From assembly GCA_963674965.2 (NCBI GenBank), contig CAXXFL010000006.1, positions 32,001 to 96,000 on the forward strand: a stretch of DNA of 64,000 bases. The letters run 5' to 3'. The notes beneath the pieces are model-generated. The model made no database searches. It was not told where the DNA came from and was given only the letters and a program-made list of their open reading frames with translations. The translations under genes and the position numbers were made by a program. Below are positions 58,786 through 64,000 of the stretch, one piece after another (the stretch's first letter is position 1; every line of letters starts with the position of its first letter). The stretch comes from a bacterium. GTDB taxonomy: Bacteria > RBG-13-61-14 > DATKZS01.

Positions 58786-59996
58786 AGCGTCTCCTTGAGA
58801 AAAGCCCGGTGCTCGGTCCTGGCGTCCTTTGCCACCCTCGGGTTGAGGAGAGTCTCCGCCCCGGCCAGGGCAAGGCAAAGGATGGCGTTGCCCAGCATGA
58901 CGCGGGCGCCTTGCGTTCCTCCCGCCCGGGCGAACTCCTTGGTATGGACCCCGTCCCTCGCGCCGGGGATGGCCATCACGGGATGGATCACGGGAGCGTG
59001 AAGCCCCACGTTGCCCACGTCGGTGCTGCCCATGCCCTCGTCCTCCGGGCCTTGCTCCTCTTTGACCCCCGCCTCGGCCAGGGCGGCCCTGAAAACCTCG
59101 CCCAGGACCCGGCTGGGAACGTAGGGCGCGTACATGAGGTCGTATTGCGCGTTGACCTTGAGGCGAGCGCCCGCGGCCCTGGCGGCCCCCTTGGCGCAAT
59201 CCACCAGCCTGGAAGTCATTTCCCTGGTTTCCTTGACCGTCGTTCCCCTGGCCATGAAGGAGGCCGTGGCCAGGTCGGGAATGATGTTGGGCGCCACGCC
59301 GCCGTGGGTGACGATCCCGTGAATCCTGGAGGCATGGGACGTCTGTTGTCTCATGACGTTTACGGCGTTGAAGGTCTGGATGAGGGCGTCGAGGGCGTTG
59401 ATCCCCCCATGGGGCTCGGCCGCGGCGTGGGCGGATTTTCCCTTGAAGGTGAGGTCCACGTTGACGACCCCGAGCGAGCGCTTGTAGACCTCGGTCTTCT
59501 GCTCGGGATGGACCAGGAAGGCCGCGTCCACCTCGTCGAAAACGCCGCGGTCCGCCATCATTACCTTGCCCCCGTACTGTTCCTCCGCCGGGCACCCTAT
59601 CACCTCTATCCGGCCGGGAGCGTCCGGCAGGGCCATGGCCAGGACCGCCGCCGCGCCCGCGCTGGCCGATCCTATCAAGTGATGGCCGCAGGCGTGACCC
59701 AGCCCCGGCAGGGCGTCCATTTCCGCCAGGAAGGCCACACGAGGCCGGGCCTTCCCTCCCCCAAGGCTCGCCCGAAAGGCCGTCTCGAGGCCGGCCACCT
59801 CGCGCTCGATCTTAAAGCCATAGCGTCCGAGAAAATCGGACAAAAGGGCCGAGGCGAATTTTTCCTGGAAGGCCAGCTCGGGGTTTTTCCATATGGCGTG
59901 GGCCGCGGCCCAGGCCTCGGGCAGTACCAGTTGGGCGTGTTTTTTTATTTCCTTTATGGTCTTGCCGGACAAAGAGAGTCTTTGCATTTGTTCCAT
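58782..59996 (-). CDS. M20-family amidohydrolase
   Basis: PELAFQE, EMDALPGLGHACGHH, PAEE, HAAAEPHGGINALD, GSTDVGNV. Confidence 0.92.
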   Translation of the reverse strand: MEQMQRLSLSGKTIKEIKKHAQLVLPEAWAAAHAIWKNPELAFQEKFASALLSDFLGRYGFKIEREVAGLETAFRASLGGGKARPRVAFLAEMDALPGLGHACGHHLIGSASAGAAAVLAMALPDAPGRIEVIGCPAEEQYGGKVMMADRGVFDEVDAAFLVHPEQKTEVYKRSLGVVNVDLTFKGKSAHAAAEPHGGINALDALIQTFNAVNVMRQQTSHASRIHGIVTHGGVAPNIIPDLATASFMARGTTVKETREMTSRLVDCAKGAARAAGARLKVNAQYDLMYAPYVPSRVLGEVFRAALAEAGVKEEQGPEDEGMGSTDVGNVGLHAPVIHPVMAIPGARDGVHTKEFARAGGTQGARVMLGNAILCLALAGAETLLNPRVAKDARTEHRAFLKETL

Positions 59997-60173
59997 CCTC
60001 GTGAAATATCTTATCGCGACGGGCGGATTATTTCATCTTTATAATCGGTAAAATCTTAAATTTTAATCTTTTCCTGAAATTTATATTAAAAACTGGTATT
60101 ATGTTCCTGATATATTCTGGACACTTCCAAGCGGCAAGATAACCTTTGTATACCATGCGCCGCAAGAGGGCAT

Positions 60174-61568
60174 ATGCGAAAAAAGACCACCGGATACAGG
60201 ATACTGCTGGTTGACGACGAGGAAAGCATCCGTACCACCCTGGCCGACGTTCTTCGCGACGAGGGCTATAAGGTCGAGACGGCCGCAGACGGCGAGGCCG
60301 GCCTCGTCAAGATCGAGGAAACCGGTCCCGACCTGGTCATGCTCGACATCTGGATGCCCGGGCCGGACGGCATCGAGACTCTCAAGTCCATCAAGAAAAG
60401 ATGGCCCGAGCTGCCGGTGGTGATGATATCGGGCCACGGCACGGTCGAGACGGCGGTGCAGGCGACCAAGCTCGGGGCCTTCGACTTCATCGAGAAACCC
60501 CTCAGCCTGGACAAGGTCATCCTCACCCTCGAGCACGCCCTCGAGCTGACCCATCTGTCCCGCGAGTATAAAAGGCTCTCCAGCGAGCTGGTGGGCGACC
60601 AGGACCTTATCGGCGAGACCCAGGTAATGAGGGAACTTCACGAGCAGGTCAGGAAAGCCGCGCCCACCGAGGGCTGGGTCCTGATCACGGGAGAGAACGG
60701 CACGGGCAAGGAAGTGCTGGCCCGCATGATCCACAAGCTGAGCCTCAGAAAGGAAGGCCCCTTCGTGGGCGTCAACTGCGCGGCCATACCCGAGGAACTC
60801 ATCGAGAGCGAGCTCTTCGGATACGAAAAAGGGGCCTTCACCGGGGCGGAGGGAAAAAAGCGCGGCCGTTTCGATCTGGCCGACGGGGGCACCCTTTTCC
60901 TCGACGAGATCGCGGACATGAGTCTCAAGACCCAGTCGAAGATACTGCGCATCCTTCAGGAGCGCCAGTTCGAGCGGGTGGGCGGCACGAGCCTTATCAA
61001 CGTGGACGTGCGGGTGGTGGCGGCCACCAACAAAAACCTCGAGGCGGAGATCAAGGAAGGACGCTTCAGGGAGGACCTTTATTACCGCCTTAACGTGATT
61101 CCCCTTTACGCTCCTCCCCTCCGCGAGCGCAGGGAGGACGTGCCGCTTTTCGTCGAGTCCTTTCTCAAGGAGTTCTGCGCCCGGAGCCGCATCAGGCACA
61201 AGAAGGTTACGCCCGAGGTGCTGGCCGCGCTCAAGCAGTACTCCTGGCCGGGCAACGTTCGCGAGCTTCGCAACGTGGTCGAGAGGATGGTCATCCTCTC
61301 GGAAGGCGACTCGATCACGGTGAGCGACCTTCCCCCCGCCATCGCCGCGCCCGGGCCGTCGCCCACGGCTTCTCCCTTCGACTACCCTGACCTCAAGGAC
61401 GCCCGGGCGGCCTTCGAGAAGGAATACATCGTGAGGAAACTGATCGAGAACGGCTACAACATCTCGCGCACGGCCGAGCAGATCGGCATGGAGAGGACCA
61501 CCCTGCACAGGAAGATCAAGTCCTACGGTATCGAGACGGACAAGGATAAACAGCGGCCGGAGACGTGA
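60174..61568 (+). CDS. sigma54-dependent response regulator, NtrX-like
   Basis: LDIWMP, MISGHGTVETAV, GENGTGKE, GAFTGA, HTH. Confidence 0.93.
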   Translation: MRKKTTGYRILLVDDEESIRTTLADVLRDEGYKVETAADGEAGLVKIEETGPDLVMLDIWMPGPDGIETLKSIKKRWPELPVVMISGHGTVETAVQATKLGAFDFIEKPLSLDKVILTLEHALELTHLSREYKRLSSELVGDQDLIGETQVMRELHEQVRKAAPTEGWVLITGENGTGKEVLARMIHKLSLRKEGPFVGVNCAAIPEELIESELFGYEKGAFTGAEGKKRGRFDLADGGTLFLDEIADMSLKTQSKILRILQERQFERVGGTSLINVDVRVVAATNKNLEAEIKEGRFREDLYYRLNVIPLYAPPLRERREDVPLFVESFLKEFCARSRIRHKKVTPEVLAALKQYSWPGNVRELRNVVERMVILSEGDSITVSDLPPAIAAPGPSPTASPFDYPDLKDARAAFEKEYIVRKLIENGYNISRTAEQIGMERTTLHRKIKSYGIETDKDKQRPET

Positions 61569-61628
61569 TCCGGCCGGAATTTCCGCTTTGCCATGGGGGA
61601 TTGGGCAATGAAGGGCAAGGGAAACGAA

Positions 61629-63134
61629 ATGGACAGGAGAAGGTTCATCGGCGCCGCCGCGGCCGCGTCCGTCGCGGCCTCGAGCGGATGCTCGGCGAGG
61701 GCCCCGGATGGGGTCTGTCCCGCCGCTCCGGCCAAATGGAACGTGAACTCGCGGCGTCCTTCTCTCGCGGACCTTTCGGGGGCCAAGAGGCCGAACGTAC
61801 TTTTTATCCTGACCGACCAGGAGAGGTGGCCCGGCAATCTGCCGCCCACCTTGAACCGCCCCAACTTCGAGCGGCTCCGCTCGAGCGCCGTCTCCTTCGA
61901 GAACGCCTTTTGCGCCTACCCCCTTTGCTCGCCCTCCCGCTCGGCCATCTTCACCGGGCAATTCCCCCACCAGACCGGGATCACCCAGAACTGCATCTTT
62001 CCCGTGGGCAAGAAGCCCCTCGAGCCTTCCACTCCCCATGTCGGGTCGGTCCTGGCCTCGGCCGGATACCGCGTGGCCTACAAGGGCAAGTGGGACCTTT
62101 CAAGGGGGCCGCGCTATTACATGATCGACGTGACCGACAGGGGCAGAGCGGGCGACCTGGGCTACGAGGGACATTGCGGCAAGGTGCCCGACCAGGAGTA
62201 CGGCTACCGGGCCGACGATATGGTGGTGAGGGAATCGGCCGACTGGATAAGGGCGAACGGCAAGGACGGCCCCTGGTTCCTGTGCTGCTCGATCATCAAC
62301 CCCCACGACATCTGCCATCCCCAGCTCAAGCCGGACGACTCGATCCGCCCCGACGTCGAGTTGCCCGCCAGTCTCCACGACGACCTGTCAAACAAGCCGG
62401 CGGACCAGCGCAAGATGCGCGACGGCAGGCTAAGTCACGTCAACCATCTCCTTCATCCGAGCGCCAAGCCCTTTTCCAGGTACGAGGAGAATGACTGGCG
62501 TCTTTTCCTCAGCTTTTACTATGACCTTATCGAGCGGACCGACTCCTATATCGGAGACCTGCTGGCCGCTCTCGAGGACGCGGGCGCGGCCGAGGACACG
62601 GTGGTGATATACTCTTCCGACCACGGCGAGCTTGGCGGGGCCCACGGCTTCTCGGGCAAGTACGAGGGGTATGAGGAGGACCTTCACGTTCCTCTTTATG
62701 TCCACCACCCTTCCCTGAGAAGGGCCGAGGTGGACGCGCTGGTATCGAACGTCTCGATCGCCCCGACCATCGCCTCGATAGGCGGCATCGACTGGCCGGT
62801 CCCGATCCCCGGCCGGGACCTTTCGGGCTGGGTCACGGGCGAGGGCGAGCGGCCCGCTCCGGAGGCGGTGTTCTCCGAGACCGAGGTTGACGTTGAGCTT
62901 GGCGTTTACCGACGCAGGCAGGCGACCAGGATGATAAGGACCGGGGACTGGAAATATTCCTATTCCTTCCACGACGTCCAGGACGGGCAGCTCTATGACC
63001 TTAGCGCCGACCCGGCCGAGATGAACAACCTCTTTCACGATCCCGGCCACGCTGGCATGAGGTCGGAGCTCGAGGACCGGCTGGCCGCCTGGCAGGAGGA
63101 ATGGGACGATTATTTCCGGCTGCCGGGAAAATGA
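61629..63134 (+). CDS. Sulfatase with Tat signal peptide
   Basis: DRRRFI twin-arginine signal, NVLFILTDQ, CSPSRSAIFTG, SDHGE. Confidence 0.92.
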   Translation: MDRRRFIGAAAAASVAASSGCSARAPDGVCPAAPAKWNVNSRRPSLADLSGAKRPNVLFILTDQERWPGNLPPTLNRPNFERLRSSAVSFENAFCAYPLCSPSRSAIFTGQFPHQTGITQNCIFPVGKKPLEPSTPHVGSVLASAGYRVAYKGKWDLSRGPRYYMIDVTDRGRAGDLGYEGHCGKVPDQEYGYRADDMVVRESADWIRANGKDGPWFLCCSIINPHDICHPQLKPDDSIRPDVELPASLHDDLSNKPADQRKMRDGRLSHVNHLLHPSAKPFSRYEENDWRLFLSFYYDLIERTDSYIGDLLAALEDAGAAEDTVVIYSSDHGELGGAHGFSGKYEGYEEDLHVPLYVHHPSLRRAEVDALVSNVSIAPTIASIGGIDWPVPIPGRDLSGWVTGEGERPAPEAVFSETEVDVELGVYRRRQATRMIRTGDWKYSYSFHDVQDGQLYDLSADPAEMNNLFHDPGHAGMRSELEDRLAAWQEEWDDYFRLPGK

Positions 63135-63155
63135 ACCTACCAGGGAGAACGAGAC

Positions 63156-63362
63156 ATGGACGATATAATTGACGTGACGCGGCTTCCTTTCAAGGACCTG
63201 GAATCGGGCCGGGAAGCGGCCATCACCATAAGTTACGGCGGAAAAAAAGTACGCGTCCGCCTGGAGATCGAGGGCAAGGAAAAGGCGGACATCTGGGTGG
63301 ACGCTGGAGGGGCGGAAAAGATTTCGGCCGTCCTCAATCACGCGATCAACAAGGTAAAGTAA
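63156..63362 (+). CDS. Small hypothetical protein
   Basis: GGAG RBS, fills the gap between sulfatase and glgC. Confidence 0.55.
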   Translation: MDDIIDVTRLPFKDLESGREAAITISYGGKKVRVRLEIEGKEKADIWVDAGGAEKISAVLNHAINKVK

Positions 63363-63410
63363 GCCGGGCGGTCCCGGCGATAAGACGGGCGCAGATAAAG
63401 GAGAGTTGAA

Positions 63411-64000
63411 ATGTCTCCCACCGTGTTGGGAATGATACTGGCCGGGGGCGAGGGTACCCGGCTCGATCCGCTGACCAGGCACCGGGCCAAGCCCTCCGTG
63501 CCTTTCGGCGGCAAGTACCGGATCATAGACTTCGTCCTGAGCAACTTCGTCAACTCGGGCATTTACAACATAGCGATCATAACGCAGTTCAAGGCCGAGT
63601 CGCTGATCGACCACGTCGAGAACGGCTGGCAGAAGAACATGGGCACCCTGGTCGGCGACATATCGATCAACCCGGCCCAGCAGCGGGTGAGCAAGAACTG
63701 GTACCTGGGCACGGCCGACGCGGTATACCAGAACTTCAACCGCATCGAGAAGGTATATCCCGAGCTGGTGGCGGTATTCGGGGGCGACCACATCTACAAG
63801 ATGGACATCCAGGACATGATCCGCTTCCATGAGGAGCGGGGCTCGAACATGACGATCTCGGCCATCAGCGTTCCGGTCGAGAAGGCCTCGGGCGCGTACG
63901 GCGTGATCGAGATCGACGAGGAATACAACATGATCGGCTTCGAGGAAAAGCCGGTCCATCCCCGGCCCCTTCCCAACGATCCGAGCAAGTGCCTGGTCTC
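63411..64000 (+). CDS. glgC: Glucose-1-phosphate adenylyltransferase (3' end outside window)
   Basis: Manual translation: [60 protein letters not shown]. Confidence 0.95.
   Translation, partial: MSPTVLGMILAGGEGTRLDPLTRHRAKPSVPFGGKYRIIDFVLSNFVNSGIYNIAIITQFKAESLIDHVENGWQKNMGTLVGDISINPAQQRVSKNWYLGTADAVYQNFNRIEKVYPELVAVFGGDHIYKMDIQDMIRFHEERGSNMTISAISVPVEKASGAYGVIEIDEEYNMIGFEEKPVHPRPLPNDPSKCLV

Noticed and set aside
58786-59595. N-terminal extension of the 664-aa AnmK ORF
   Set aside because: Overlaps the M20 gene out of frame; AnmK begins at MKVIGL

Overview
GC-rich (~58% by eye) chromosomal segment of a deltaproteobacterial-type organism (Desulfobacterota/Myxococcota-like gene content; inference). 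Housekeeping genes: secA, menA-like, csp, maf-yggS-proC-yggT-divIVA-yggU, thiE/thiC, amgK-like, anmK, glgC, several sigma54 regulators and lipid/CoA enzymes. Accessory DNA: a PaeR7I/XhoI-family restriction-modification pair; an IS3-family element beside a lower-GC Lamassu/ABC-3C defence operon with an HNH effector; a three-copy MITE family with target duplications and an internal REP doublet; a second REP-like family; and a 39.9-44.0 kb region where internally deleted RAYT-transposase elements alternate with captured genes. Most unusual: two tandem three-helix membrane proteins carrying a Myxococcus-type pilin globular domain without a prepilin cleavage site, lying between a multi-TM histidine kinase and its sigma54 response regulator. 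No rRNA, tRNA or CRISPR array was recognised. All calls are by motif recognition, without database searches.
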